Positions 1 to 9,378 of a stretch of DNA of 64,000 bases are shown here, in pieces. Under the pieces are notes generated by a model. That model was not told the DNA's origin. It saw nothing but the letters and a program-made list of their open reading frames with translations, and made no database searches. Both the position numbers and the translations under genes were made by a program. Source of the stretch: an uncultured Chloroflexia bacterium (GTDB taxonomy: Bacteria; Chloroflexota; Dehalococcoidia; Dehalococcoidales; UBA2162); contig CAVTJN010000019.1 of NCBI GenBank assembly GCA_963735055.1, positions 329,547-393,546 of the forward strand, read 5' to 3'. Position 1 is the first letter of the stretch. Every line of letters begins with the position of its first letter.

Positions 1-1
1 G

Positions 2-862
2 CGCGTGGTGACGGCCTTGATCGGGCAAGGGCACGTCGTCGCCGTCACCGGGGATGGGGTCAATGACGCTCCTGCCCTGAAGAAAGCCGACATCGGCATC
101 GCCATGGGTATTACCGGCACCGACGTCAGTAAGGAAGCGGCCGCCATGGTCCTCACCGACGATAATTTCGCCTCCATCGTGGCCGCCGTGGAAGAGGGCC
201 GGGGCATCTACGACAACATAAAGAAATACCTCATGTTTCTGCTTTCCTCCAATATCGGTGAAATACTCCTCATGGCCGCGGCCATTCTTCTCGGCCCCGT
301 GATCGGACTGCCCTTCGGCGCCATCCCTCTCATCGCCATTCAGATTCTGTGGGTCAACCTGGCCACTGACGGACTGCCCGCCATTGCCCTGTCCATTGAC
401 CCCCCCGCCCCCGATATCATGAAGCAGAAGCCCCGGCCCCGGGGACAGGGCATCTTCACCAGACCCGTCTTGACCCTCATGGCCGTCGGCGGCCTTTGGT
501 CGTGCATCGTCAACATCGGCATCTTCAAATGGGCCCTGGATTCAGGCCGGCCCATGCTCGAGGCCCAGGCGCTGTGCTTTCTCACCCTCATAATCATCCA
601 GTTCTTCAAAGCCTACAACTTCCGTTCCGACACCCATTCCATATTCAGCATCGGGTTCTTCAAGAACAAATGGCTGAATCTGGCCATCCTGTGGGAGGCC
701 GCCCTGCTGGCCGTAATCGTCTACACCCCCCTTCTTCAGGACTCGTTTCACACCTTCTCCCTGAGCCTGGCCGACTGGCTGATCGTCGTTCTGGCCGCCG
801 GCACCGTCTTTCCCGTCCTTGAGTTGGCGAAGCTGCTCATCCGCAGGCGGTCGAGTCGTTGA
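2..862 (+). CDS. P-type cation-transporting ATPase (type II, PacL/SERCA-like), C-terminal part; 5' end outside window
   Basis: ORF 5..862 has the hinge motif VTGDGVNDAPALKKADIGIAMG followed by several hydrophobic TM segments. The frame is open to the window start. Confidence 0.85.
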   Translation, partial: RVVTALIGQGHVVAVTGDGVNDAPALKKADIGIAMGITGTDVSKEAAAMVLTDDNFASIVAAVEEGRGIYDNIKKYLMFLLSSNIGEILLMAAAILLGPVIGLPFGAIPLIAIQILWVNLATDGLPAIALSIDPPAPDIMKQKPRPRGQGIFTRPVLTLMAVGGLWSCIVNIGIFKWALDSGRPMLEAQALCFLTLIIIQFFKAYNFRSDTHSIFSIGFFKNKWLNLAILWEAALLAVIVYTPLLQDSFHTFSLSLADWLIVVLAAGTVFPVLELAKLLIRRRSSR

Positions 863-869
863 GTGCCCT

Positions 870-1130
870 TCCGAGCCCAGCGAGGAATGGTCAAGGGGTA
901 ACCGCCTTCGTAGCGAAGCGGAGAAGTGGTCGTCCTCCCTATCCCGGAGACCATCGCGGTCCGGATGTTCGCCTTCGTTGAGTGTCCCCTTGACCCCCAT
1001 CAGTCATTGCGAGGAGCGTAGCGACGAAGCAATCCGAGCCCACCATCTTGCGGGACCCCCTCCCCGCTCACCCTGCCTGTCCAGAGCGTAGCGTGGGAAG
1101 CTTGCTTGCCCCCTCCGCTCATGGTGAGCC
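870..1130. repeat. Non-coding, hairpin-dense GC-rich spacer/repeat-like sequence abutting the truncated copB-like gene
   Basis: Short stem-loops at CTTCG-TAG-CGAAG (906-918), ATTGC...GCAAT (1006-1033) and GCTCA-TGG-TGAGC (1117-1129). No credible ORF. Minus-strand ATPase homology stops at ~1126. Confidence 0.3.
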
Positions 1131-2006
1131 TGTCGAACCAGTTCCGCAACCTGGCCCAGATAGGACTCTGCCCCGGTCCTCTGAACCCGAACGGTGACGG
1201 CTCCGTCCCCGTTGACGGAACCTCCCACCACCTTACTGCCAACCTGCTTTGGGACAGGCGCCGACTCCCCGGTAAGGAGGGCTTCGTCAGCCGAACTCCC
1301 TCCCTCCTCGACCGTACCGTCGGCGGGAAATATCTCGCCCGGACGCACCAGAATCCGGTCACCGATGGCCAATTCGCCAACCGGGACATCCAGAGTCCGG
1401 CCGTCAACCATAACCCGGTGAGCCGCCGCCGGCATCATCCGGGCAAGCGATTCCAACGCCGACGAAGCCCCTCCGATCGATCTCATCTCCAGCCAGTGGC
1501 CCAGCAGCATCACGTCTGTTAAGGTCGCCAGTTCCCAGAAGAAGACCTCACCGGCGAGGCCAAAAACGACCGCGCTCGCTGTAGACGTAAGCCGTCGAGA
1601 TGGCAACTGCAACAAGCGTCATCATACCCGGAGACCGGGTCCTCAACTCTTCAAAAAACCCTCTCAGAAAAGGGTAACCGCCGTAGAAGTAGACTACCGA
1701 GGAAAGAGCGAGCAGCACGTAGCCATCGCCATCGAAACGGAGTATACCGCCGAGCCCAAAGAGGTCCTGAATGACGGGCGAAAAAATCAAGATGGGGACG
1801 GTGACCGCCAGCGACCACCAGAACCGCCGCCGAAAGTCGGCGATCATCATGGCATTGTGATCGGGGCGTTCGGACGGGCCAGATGTATGCCCCGGCGTGT
1901 GCCCGTACTCCGCCCCTTCAACCGGCGCCAGCGGCTTCTTCAGGTTCTCTTCTTCATGCGCACCGTGACTCATATGCACGCGACTGACCCCCGATGTCGT
2001 GCCCAA
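1004..2006 (-). pseudogene. Heavy-metal P1B-type ATPase (CopB-like, His-rich N-terminus), frameshifted and 3'-truncated
   Basis: ORF 1548..2006 (His-rich N-term plus TM helices) and ORF 1004..1615 (actuator domain, LLTGESAPV) read as one gene split by one extra nt near 1571-1580 (..YVYS[g]SAVVFGLAGE..). Homology ends after ..AELVRQA at ~1126, so the DKTGT and ATP-binding domains are absent. Confidence 0.75.
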
Positions 2007-2092
2007 CCGACGAATTTCAACGAGACCACAGCCCTATTATAGCCTCCGCGGCGGACCCACTCGTCCGGTATCGCATGGACGCTTACATAATC

Positions 2093-2121
2093 TTGACAGG
2101 AAGGGAGTCGCGTGTTATGCT
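2093..2121 (+). promoter_or_regulatory. Sigma70-type promoter candidate for the substrate-binding protein gene
   Basis: TTGACA (2093-2098), 17-nt spacer, TATGCT (2116-2121), ~100 nt upstream of the TTG start at 2224. Confidence 0.45.
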
Positions 2122-2223
2122 TCGCCCGAAGCTGCCGAGCGGCCCTTCGAATGATCGAAAGGACAAGGAGACCGACTAACCAAGCGAAAACACCCGCAGG
2201 TAATAAGTAAGCAGGAGGAACAA

Positions 2224-4080
2224 TTGACAAGGAAAGGTGTGTTCTTAGCATTTGCCATCCTCACCTCCATCGTCCTAGTTCTAGTATCGTGCGGCTCGGG
2301 TCCATCCACCACAACTGCGCCGCAAACGACGACTGTCAAACCGACTTCCACGACGTCGGCCCCTCCTCAGCCAACGACGACTGCCGCCTCGGACAAACCG
2401 AAGTACGGTGGCACCATCACCATCAGGGAGTTGACCGACCCGACCTGCTGTGACAGCGCGGCCAACCGCTTGATGAGTAACACTCTGGGCCTGTGGTACG
2501 CGCACGAGCAACTGCTGAAGTTCGACTGGGCAAAAGGTCAGGCGGGCACCGGCGAATACAGCACCCTGGCTGTGGCCAGTCCCGAAGCAATGATGGGGGG
2601 GGAGCTGGCGGAGAGCGTACAGCTGCCCAATCCTAACACTTGGATACTCAACATACGGCAGAACGTCCGCTATCAACAACCCGACACTGAAGCGGGAAAG
2701 CTGGTGAACGGCCGCCTGATGACGGCCGACGACGTGGTCTGGACATACAAAAGGAATATCCAGGGTCCCAATACGGCTTTAAGCATCTTGCAGCCGCGGC
2801 TGGCTGCCACTATGGGGGTCGAGAAGACCGGCCCCTGGCAGGTGACCATAACCGCCCCGGTACAGCCGGTCACCGCCCAGTGGTGGGTGATCGAAGGTGG
2901 TGGGTATGGGTTCATGTACCCCAAGGAAATCGTTGACAAATACGGAGACATCAACAACTGGAGGAACATGGTGGGCACCGGCCCCTGGATGCTGGATGAC
3001 TGGGTCCCGGGAAGCTCCGTATCCCTCAGGCGTAACCCTAACTACTGGGGTGTGAACCCCGCTGGTCCAGGCAAGGGCGACAAGCTGCCTTACGCGGACA
3101 GGTTGAAAAGACTCATCATCCCCGACACGTCGACCTTCTTTGCGGCCGTGCGCACCGGCAAGATGGACATGTCAGGCCCGGTTGCGTACGATGATTATAC
3201 CGAGTTGAAGCGCACGGCGCCACAGCTGGAATACGTGGAGTATCTCGGTGACGGGTTCGCCAACGCTCACGCCGTCAACTTCAACCTGGCCGACAAGACC
3301 AAACCCTGGGCCGATGTCCGCGTGCGCCAGGCGCTCATGCTGGCCGTTGACTATGACGCCATCATCAGCGGCTACTTCAAAGGAAAGGCGGAAAAGGACA
3401 CCGTCCTGGTTAACAAGAACTTCACCGGAAAAGGCTACAAGCCGCTGAACACCATGGCGCAGTCAGTTCAGGATCTGTACAAGTATAGCCCCGACAAGGC
3501 AAAACAGCTTCTGAAAGATGCGGGCTTCCCCAACGGCTTCAAGGCCGAGGTGCTCGTGCCCAGTGTGCCGGATTCAATCGTAGACCAGGCCTCGATTATC
3601 AAAGATATGTGGGCGAAGATCGGTGTCGACCTGACCATAAAGCCCACCGACAGTGCCGCGCTCACGTCCATAGTGACCCGCACCTTCTCCTGGACCGACA
3701 TGTTTTACGGCACCTTCTCGGGCGGCACGGTGGCATCGTTCGGGTTCTCTCTCTATACCTATTTTGGCTACTACCGGGGCGACAACCGGCCCCAGTTTGC
3801 CAGCCGAACCGACGCCGGGGGGACGCCCGATCCGATAATTGAAAAGGCCTTTGCGACCACTCAGGAGAATATCTATGTTAACTGGCCGGCCGCCTACAAG
3901 GCGGTCGAAGAGATTCGGCCGTACCTGATTGAACAAGCTTTCAGGGTACCGTTCCCACAACCCTTAAACTACCAGATGTGGTGGCCCTGGATGAAGAACA
4001 CCTACGGCGCTGGTCCCACGGCATACTACCTGAAGTACTACTGGGTCGACCAGGACCTGAAGCGGTCCATGGGCTACTAG
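2224..4080 (+). CDS. ABC transporter substrate-binding lipoprotein, family 5 (peptide/nickel type); no permease or ATPase genes adjacent
   Basis: 618-aa ORF with TTG start after the GCAGGAGGA RBS. Signal peptide with lipobox LVSC and a Thr/Pro-rich linker. Length and composition fit SBP_bac_5 proteins. Confidence 0.8.
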   Translation: MTRKGVFLAFAILTSIVLVLVSCGSGPSTTTAPQTTTVKPTSTTSAPPQPTTTAASDKPKYGGTITIRELTDPTCCDSAANRLMSNTLGLWYAHEQLLKFDWAKGQAGTGEYSTLAVASPEAMMGGELAESVQLPNPNTWILNIRQNVRYQQPDTEAGKLVNGRLMTADDVVWTYKRNIQGPNTALSILQPRLAATMGVEKTGPWQVTITAPVQPVTAQWWVIEGGGYGFMYPKEIVDKYGDINNWRNMVGTGPWMLDDWVPGSSVSLRRNPNYWGVNPAGPGKGDKLPYADRLKRLIIPDTSTFFAAVRTGKMDMSGPVAYDDYTELKRTAPQLEYVEYLGDGFANAHAVNFNLADKTKPWADVRVRQALMLAVDYDAIISGYFKGKAEKDTVLVNKNFTGKGYKPLNTMAQSVQDLYKYSPDKAKQLLKDAGFPNGFKAEVLVPSVPDSIVDQASIIKDMWAKIGVDLTIKPTDSAALTSIVTRTFSWTDMFYGTFSGGTVASFGFSLYTYFGYYRGDNRPQFASRTDAGGTPDPIIEKAFATTQENIYVNWPAAYKAVEEIRPYLIEQAFRVPFPQPLNYQMWWPWMKNTYGAGPTAYYLKYYWVDQDLKRSMGY

Positions 4081-4098
4081 AAGCATCAACACATTAAT

Positions 4099-4130
4099 CC
4101 TCCCGGGCGGCGCCTGCACCGCCCGGGAGG
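4099..4130 (+). terminator. GC-rich hairpin after the SBP gene (no U-tract)
   Basis: Perfect 12-bp stem CCTCCCGGGCGG / CCGCCCGGGAGG with an 8-nt loop, 19 nt after the stop codon. Confidence 0.3.
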
Positions 4131-4302
4131 ACAAACCCAAAGAGCCGGACCACCCTCACCAGGCCTCGATATGAGCCCCGGTCCATCGCTGTCCCTGAGT
4201 GAATTCATCTCAGCAGGACGGCCGCTTCTCCGCCCTGAACAATCCTTCTCTTGCCTTCCCCGGTGTTGTAGAATAGGCGATGACCCAAGAGAGAAGACGA
4301 GG

Positions 4303-4818
4303 ATGAAGGCCGCACCGGCGATCGCGAAGTTCGTGTTCCTGCTGAGCCTGCTGGTTGTATCGTGCGGACCTTCGGGCCGCCCGGTCACAACCTCACCGGA
4401 AGGGCCGGCGCCTTCGGAGTCCCCGTCCTACCAGACCCTGGTCAGAGACGCCTTCATTGATCCCGCAATACCCAGGATCACGGCGGAGGAACTCAAGCTC
4501 CGGCTGGGGTCCGCGATGATCGTCGTCGACAACCGGAGTGAATACAAGTTCAAGGCTGGACACCTGGCCGGGGCGATCAATATCACCTATTCGGTCAACA
4601 GTCCATTTCCAGGGGCAGAAGAACAGATGGACCGCGATCTCTCCCGGCTGCCGAACGACTCGCTGAAGGTCTTTTACTGTGACTGAGCCAAGGATGATGA
4701 AAGTGCCCGTGTGGCACGAAGGCTGGTGGACAGGGGCTACGACATCCGGAACATCCTGGTCCTCTGGAAGGGCTACTTTCACTGGCTGGAACTCGGCTTT
4801 CCCGTTGTGACCGAATGA
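4303..4818 (+). CDS. Exported single-domain rhodanese (sulfurtransferase) lipoprotein with in-frame UGA (candidate selenocysteine) at the catalytic position
   Basis: Starts MKAAPAIAKFVFLLSLLVVSC (lipobox). Rhodanese core reads IVVDNRSEYKFKAGHLAGAINI. TGA at 4684-4686 is followed in frame by 43 more codons (AKDDESARVARRLVDRGYDIRNILVLWKGYFHWLELGFPVVTE) ending at TGA 4816-4818, which overlaps the next ATG. Confidence 0.6.
4703..4717 (+). promoter_or_regulatory. SECIS-like hairpin downstream of the rhodanese UGA
   Basis: GTGCC-CGTGT-GGCAC (5-bp stem, G/U-containing 5-nt loop) begins 17 nt after the UGA. Confidence 0.4.
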
Positions 4819-5351
4819 CCCGATGTGGACAAACGGCGCACCGGGTGAGGCAGTTCCTCACAAGTAGTGGCCTCAGCCTGGCCTTGCGTTACCTGTTGGG
4901 GGCGGTGATCCTGCTTTCTGCTGTCCCTAAGCTCGCTGACATCGACCTCAATTCGGTCTATGTGGTCTACAGCTACTACATTCTGCCCGTTCAGCCCGTC
5001 AACTTCGCCCGGTTTGCCGGCCTGGTCGTTCCTTACGTTGAACTTCTCATCGGGCTGGGCCTTGTCCTCGGTATCCTGACCAGACTCTCCGCCGCCGGCT
5101 GGATGGCGATGTCTTTGGTCTATTTCTCAATCAAGATCGATATTATCTTTGTTCAGGGACGAATCATGCCGTGCGGCTGTTTCCAGGGTGTGATTTCCAA
5201 CATGCTGGTAACGCAATCGATATGGCTGGACGTCATGAGCATCGTACTTTGCCTGCAAATTGTCCTGGCAGGCAAGGGACGGCCGCTCCTTTCGTTGTGG
5301 TCTGCGCTTCCCGACAGATGGCAAAACGGCCTGCCCCGGCGCTTCTGGTAG
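4815..5351 (+). CDS. MauE/DoxX-family integral membrane protein
   Basis: 178 aa with 4-5 TM segments and a CGC motif (IMPCGCFQG). The ATG overlaps the extended rhodanese stop (GAATGA). Confidence 0.65.
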   Translation: MTRCGQTAHRVRQFLTSSGLSLALRYLLGAVILLSAVPKLADIDLNSVYVVYSYYILPVQPVNFARFAGLVVPYVELLIGLGLVLGILTRLSAAGWMAMSLVYFSIKIDIIFVQGRIMPCGCFQGVISNMLVTQSIWLDVMSIVLCLQIVLAGKGRPLLSLWSALPDRWQNGLPRRFW

Positions 5352-5416
5352 AGGCCGACAATGCAGAAAGCCTCGAGGACGATGAGCCTGACTTTGCGCC
5401 GGCATCCTAACACGTT

Positions 5417-6424
5417 TCAGCCATGAAGCGCTCTCCTCAATGCTCGGCGTATGTCCAGGCTGAACCGTCTGGAGATATCGGCGCCGGGCACCAACGTATC
5501 AAAAGCATGGCAGCCTCCGCGATACACATGAAGCTCGGCAGGGACGCCTGCCGCTATCAGCCTCCGTGAGTACTCGATGTCTTCCTGGGCGAATAGGTCA
5601 ATGTCTCCAACCGCGATGTACGCCGGAGGCAGCCCCTCCAAATCCGCGGCTCTGGAAGCGGCCGCGTAGCAGGAAATCCCGTCAATTCCGGGTTCGCAGC
5701 CGAGATACGAGCGCCAGCCAATCCGGTTATTCTCCCGGGTCCAGAACAGAGTGTCGGGTAGTGAGTCTCTAGCAGGAGCTGTATTGCAGTCGTCGATCAT
5801 CGGATACACGAGTAGCTGGAATATGGTTTTGACCTCACCGCGGTCACGCGCCACGATGGCGAGCGCCGCGGCGAGTCCTCCGCCGGCGCTGGCGCCCCCG
5901 ATCGCGATGCCTGAAGCGTCAATCCCTAATCCAACGGCATGAGATGACATCCACTTCAGCACCGCATAGCAGTCCTCCAGTGGAGCCGGATAGGGATGCT
6001 CAGGAGCCAGTCGATAGTCTACAGATACGACAACGCATTCTCCGGCCAAAGCGAACTGTCGTGCCGTCATATCCTCCTGGTCAATATCTCCGAGCATATA
6101 ACCACCGCCATGGATCCAGAGCAGGGAAGGAAGTGGTCCAGACCGGTCTGCGGGCCGATAGACCCTTACCGTGACTTTTGATTGCCCCGTGGGCCCCGCG
6201 ATTTTCCGGTCTTCGGCAACTACCCCCGGAATGTCCGGCATCTGCGTCTTCATGGCCGCCCACATCTGCCTGGAGGCGACGCGGGCAGCAGGTAGATCAT
6301 CAAAAGACAGGAGACGGGGTCGACTCAATATCAATTTGACGGGTCCCTTGAGTTCGGGGTCCAGGAGTTCGGTCAGATCACGATTCATCCAGCGTCTCCT
6401 TTCAACAGTCCAGTACCAGTGCAT
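5417..6424 (-). CDS. Alpha/beta hydrolase, HSL-type esterase/lipase
   Basis: Oxyanion motif HGGGY and nucleophile elbow GGASAGG. The start may be the internal Met at 6388. Confidence 0.8.
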   Translation of the reverse strand: MHWYWTVERRRWMNRDLTELLDPELKGPVKLILSRPRLLSFDDLPAARVASRQMWAAMKTQMPDIPGVVAEDRKIAGPTGQSKVTVRVYRPADRSGPLPSLLWIHGGGYMLGDIDQEDMTARQFALAGECVVVSVDYRLAPEHPYPAPLEDCYAVLKWMSSHAVGLGIDASGIAIGGASAGGGLAAALAIVARDRGEVKTIFQLLVYPMIDDCNTAPARDSLPDTLFWTRENNRIGWRSYLGCEPGIDGISCYAAASRAADLEGLPPAYIAVGDIDLFAQEDIEYSRRLIAAGVPAELHVYRGGCHAFDTLVPGADISRRFSLDIRRALRRALHG

Positions 6425-6550
6425 AACGGCAGAAAGGTGGTCGGCTCGCTGCCCCGAAATACCTTCGCCACCATAGCGACAGAAGCATCACGAGGACCGC
6501 CAGCGGCAAAACGCCATCCAGCCAGCGGATACGGAGGACTAAGCCAACCA

Positions 6551-8077
6551 TTACATCGCCCCAGCCAGCCCTGCGAAGCCGAAGACGAAAAGGATGTAGG
6601 CGCCTCCGCTCACCAGCGTGACCGCCGCCACGCTTTTGACGGCCGTCCACAGGCTGACCTCGGTTCGGCGCTGCAGCCTCCCGGTCATCAACGCTCCGGC
6701 CAGAGCGAAGAGGGGCACCGTCACCACCAGGGGCTCAAGGCGATGTCCCGCCCCCATGGTCGAAATCAAGAAGGCGACCGCCCCGGGGAGGAACAACAGC
6801 AGATTCCACCCCAGAAACCCCAACCCAAGCCCCAGGACTCCAGCGGCTTTCACGCCACCGCCGAGGAGGCGGGGCATGAGGAACCACCAGGCCAGAATCC
6901 AGAATACGGCTGCCGCGATCAGACCGCTTATCAGTACCCGCATCTGTCCGGCCGACCTTACCCTGGCGCCCAAGGCGCTGACGGCAGCCCCCGACTTAAC
7001 CGTGATCACGATGTCTTCGGCGGCATTGCTGTTAGCGTAAGTCCCGCGCCACACGGTCAGTTCATTAGGCAGAAAGGGATGTCCCGAGCCAGAGGTGGTC
7101 TTCTGATTGAACGCCGATTCGGCGGCATAGGCGGGTGCCTTACCGGTCTGCGCAATCAGCGGCACGTAGCGGCCCCCTTCGACGGTCATGCCCGGACGGC
7201 GAATCCCGAGTTTCGGATACCTCACGTTGAAATGCAGGTCCGGGGGCGCCACCACATAGACCCGCGTCATCTCGATCGGGCTGGCCCAGGCAGCTCCGGT
7301 ACTGAGCGGGTAGGCGTAGGTCGGTCCCGCCTTGGCGGTAACCAACGCCGAATGCCATGACAGATGGAGACCGGGCTCTCCGATCTCCGCCGCCCCTCCC
7401 CCAGGGTCGCCGCCGGCCGACAGCGGGGCAGTGTGGAGTTTGACGACGGCAATTTGCTGACCTCTGACCCGGGACAGCGCCTCGGCGACTGACGGGTCAA
7501 GGCCGGCGGTAGCCGCCAGCGCGTCGACGTCAGTGTCTTCGCTTACATCAAAGACGCTCACCTCAGAGCTTTCCGTGGTGAAGGAAGAAACCGGGGCCAG
7601 TGCCGAGCCCGCGTCACATCCAGTCAGGAAAACCGGAATCCAGACCGGCGCCAGCCAGGCCCCGTTAGCGAGCAGCGCCCCGGCAAACAGGGTTTCCGTG
7701 AACTGACGGCTCTGCTCACGATACTCGAAGATCCTGGTATCGAACTCGTTAGTATAGCTCCTGGAGAAAGTGACAGAGTCCGTTTCGCCGACCGAAAGCC
7801 CGCCGGCGTCCACACCGAGGGGGACGAAGTACGTGATCTCGTGCGAGACTCCGGTCTCGTCGAGGATCGAGACGAAAAGTTCGACCGAGACGGTCTGGAG
7901 GTCCTTGATGGTGACTACGGCGACTTGCTGCCCTTCCTTCAAACGGGCGTAGAGCGATGGTTCGACGATCGGACCGCCGTCGGCGAGCGCTGCCGCCGGC
8001 CACAGGCCGATAACGGCGGACAACAACGCCGATGACCATGGGAGCCACCATCTCCGCGGAGAAACGTCAACGGTCAC
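6551..8077 (-). CDS. Uncharacterised exported protein with C-terminal multi-TM anchor
   Basis: 508-aa ORF with an N-terminal signal-like segment (LLSAVIGLWPAAALA), a ~370-aa soluble region and 4-5 C-terminal TM helices. No motif recognised. The opposite-strand ORF 6419..7360 is Arg/Pro-rich shadow. Confidence 0.6.
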   Translation of the reverse strand: MTVDVSPRRWWLPWSSALLSAVIGLWPAAALADGGPIVEPSLYARLKEGQQVAVVTIKDLQTVSVELFVSILDETGVSHEITYFVPLGVDAGGLSVGETDSVTFSRSYTNEFDTRIFEYREQSRQFTETLFAGALLANGAWLAPVWIPVFLTGCDAGSALAPVSSFTTESSEVSVFDVSEDTDVDALAATAGLDPSVAEALSRVRGQQIAVVKLHTAPLSAGGDPGGGAAEIGEPGLHLSWHSALVTAKAGPTYAYPLSTGAAWASPIEMTRVYVVAPPDLHFNVRYPKLGIRRPGMTVEGGRYVPLIAQTGKAPAYAAESAFNQKTTSGSGHPFLPNELTVWRGTYANSNAAEDIVITVKSGAAVSALGARVRSAGQMRVLISGLIAAAVFWILAWWFLMPRLLGGGVKAAGVLGLGLGFLGWNLLLFLPGAVAFLISTMGAGHRLEPLVVTVPLFALAGALMTGRLQRRTEVSLWTAVKSVAAVTLVSGGAYILFVFGFAGLAGAM

Positions 8078-8244
8078 GACAGTATCTCTTACATCCCGGG
8101 GTCCTGGCTCACATGTTAGTCCGAGACCGCGACTGAGTCAAACAAGATTGGATTCCTCGTTCAGAGTGTTAGGCAAATTGTTGAGCGGAAGGGAGACAAG
8201 GGGCAGACACCTGAGGCGAGAAAGTCGGACTTGAAACCGAAAGG

Positions 8245-8290
8245 TGGCGTCCCTGGAGCGATTCGAACGCTCGACCCACTGTTTAGAAGG
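8245..8290 (-). repeat. Partial copy of the tRNA-Arg(UCU) 3' half (att-like direct repeat)
   Basis: 45/46 identity to 9200-9245, covering anticodon loop through CCA. No matching 5' acceptor or D-arm sequence upstream. Confidence 0.8.
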
Positions 8291-8388
8291 TATATTTGTC
8301 TTAGCGGTATAGCACACGAGGCCAGTAGTTGAGCGAAACCTGTCCAGTTATCCGCTCGTGAGATCCCAGATATCGGTGGGGGATCAAT

Positions 8389-8631
8389 CTAGCGCAAGGA
8401 CTCAAAGTAATCCTTGGTCCATCCAGCTTGCCTCAGCATCGCGGAGAGTGTGCCGACCGGGATTTCCTTGCGGTTCATCTGCACGACGACTACTCTCGTG
8501 ACTTGCCCGGGTATCTCCTTCACATACACAAGATGGCTTCCACTCCCGGATTTCTTGTTTCGGAAGCCATCTTTGAGGAGCGCGTCCTCGAATTCTCTTG
8601 ATGATGGGAGGCTCGATCTACGGGGACACAA
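8389..8631 (-). CDS. hicA: HicA-family mRNA interferase toxin
   Basis: ..KSGSGSHLVYVKE..IPVGTLSAMLRQAG.. matches the HicA/YcfA pattern. TTG start at 8631 sits 8 nt after GGAGGA. Start position is uncertain. Confidence 0.7.
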   Translation of the reverse strand: MCPRRSSLPSSREFEDALLKDGFRNKKSGSGSHLVYVKEIPGQVTRVVVVQMNRKEIPVGTLSAMLRQAGWTKDYFESLR

Positions 8632-8935
8632 AAAAGGTGTCCTCCGATCCCATTGAAGGCAGAGCGATGCGTGTTCCACTCAAGAATACGGGCCGAGGGG
8701 ATTCTTCGCCCCTTACAAGCTCCACACCTCGTTCCCTCAACATTTGCGGCAGTTCGCCCAACTCGCTGTAAGTCTCCAGGAAACAATGGATGGCATCGTT
8801 GAGATTGGTGGAGGCCTCTTCTATGGTTGCGCCGCTGCTGGCAACATCCAGTTCCGGACACCAAGAAGCATATTGGTCACCTTCTTGACGTACCAACACC
8901 GAGCAATGGAGGTACAGCTTTTCCTGCGTCTTCAC
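8618..8935 (-). CDS. hicB: HicB-family antitoxin (UPF0150-like N-terminal domain)
   Basis: ..VRQEGDQYASWCPELDVASSGATIEEASTNLNDAIHCFLE.. The GTG start at 8935 follows GGAGGG. The gene overlaps hicA by 14 nt. Confidence 0.65.
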   Translation of the reverse strand: MKTQEKLYLHCSVLVRQEGDQYASWCPELDVASSGATIEEASTNLNDAIHCFLETYSELGELPQMLRERGVELVRGEESPRPVFLSGTRIALPSMGSEDTFFVSP

Positions 8936-8984
8936 TCGTCTTCTCCCTCCGGGGGATCTTGGGGACATCTCGCTTGGCCGCCAT

Positions 8985-9022
8985 AGTCTACGTCCGGACA
9001 CAAAGACGTGTCAACGTCACGT
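8985..9022 (-). promoter_or_regulatory. hicBA promoter candidate with inverted repeat over the -35
   Basis: Minus strand reads TTGACA (9014-9009), 18 nt, TAGACT (8990-8985). Inverted repeat ACGTG-n7-CACGT (9006-9022) overlaps the -35. Confidence 0.4.
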
Positions 9023-9199
9023 ACACTCGCTTATCCCCACTATGTCGCACGATCCTATTGTAACGTTTGGCGAATGTCGAAGTCACTTGCAGGAGTCGGT
9101 TGATCGAAGAGTCTCGGATATCGCAGTGCGCTGTGGCAAGAAGGCGAGTCGGTCAGGAGGTGGTTACGGAGGTCTGATTTAGCTTCAGAATGAGGGATG

Positions 9200-9276
<77 letters not shown>

Positions 9277-9378
9277 GAGTAACTCTCATAAATCTAGCAT
9301 GACGTAGATTCGAGGTCAACCCTTTTCGCCTGCCTGGCGATTCAACGCCGGAGATCATGGAGTGGGGAACCGGGCGTC

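Noticed and set aside
6419-7360. Long ORFs antisense to clear genes (6419..7360 +, 10625..11659 -, 40699..41367 -, 46896..47918 -, 47953..48771 -, 60530..61135 -, 62384..63136 -, among others)
   Set aside because: They lie opposite well-supported conserved CDSs. Their Arg/Pro/Gly/His-rich low-complexity translations are typical of shadow frames in GC-rich DNA. They have no RBS or recognisable motif.
8245-8330. A second complete tRNA gene at ~8245-8325
   Set aside because: Only the 3' 46 nt match tRNA-Arg. The upstream sequence cannot form the acceptor or D arms, so it is a fragment (att-like repeat), not a gene.
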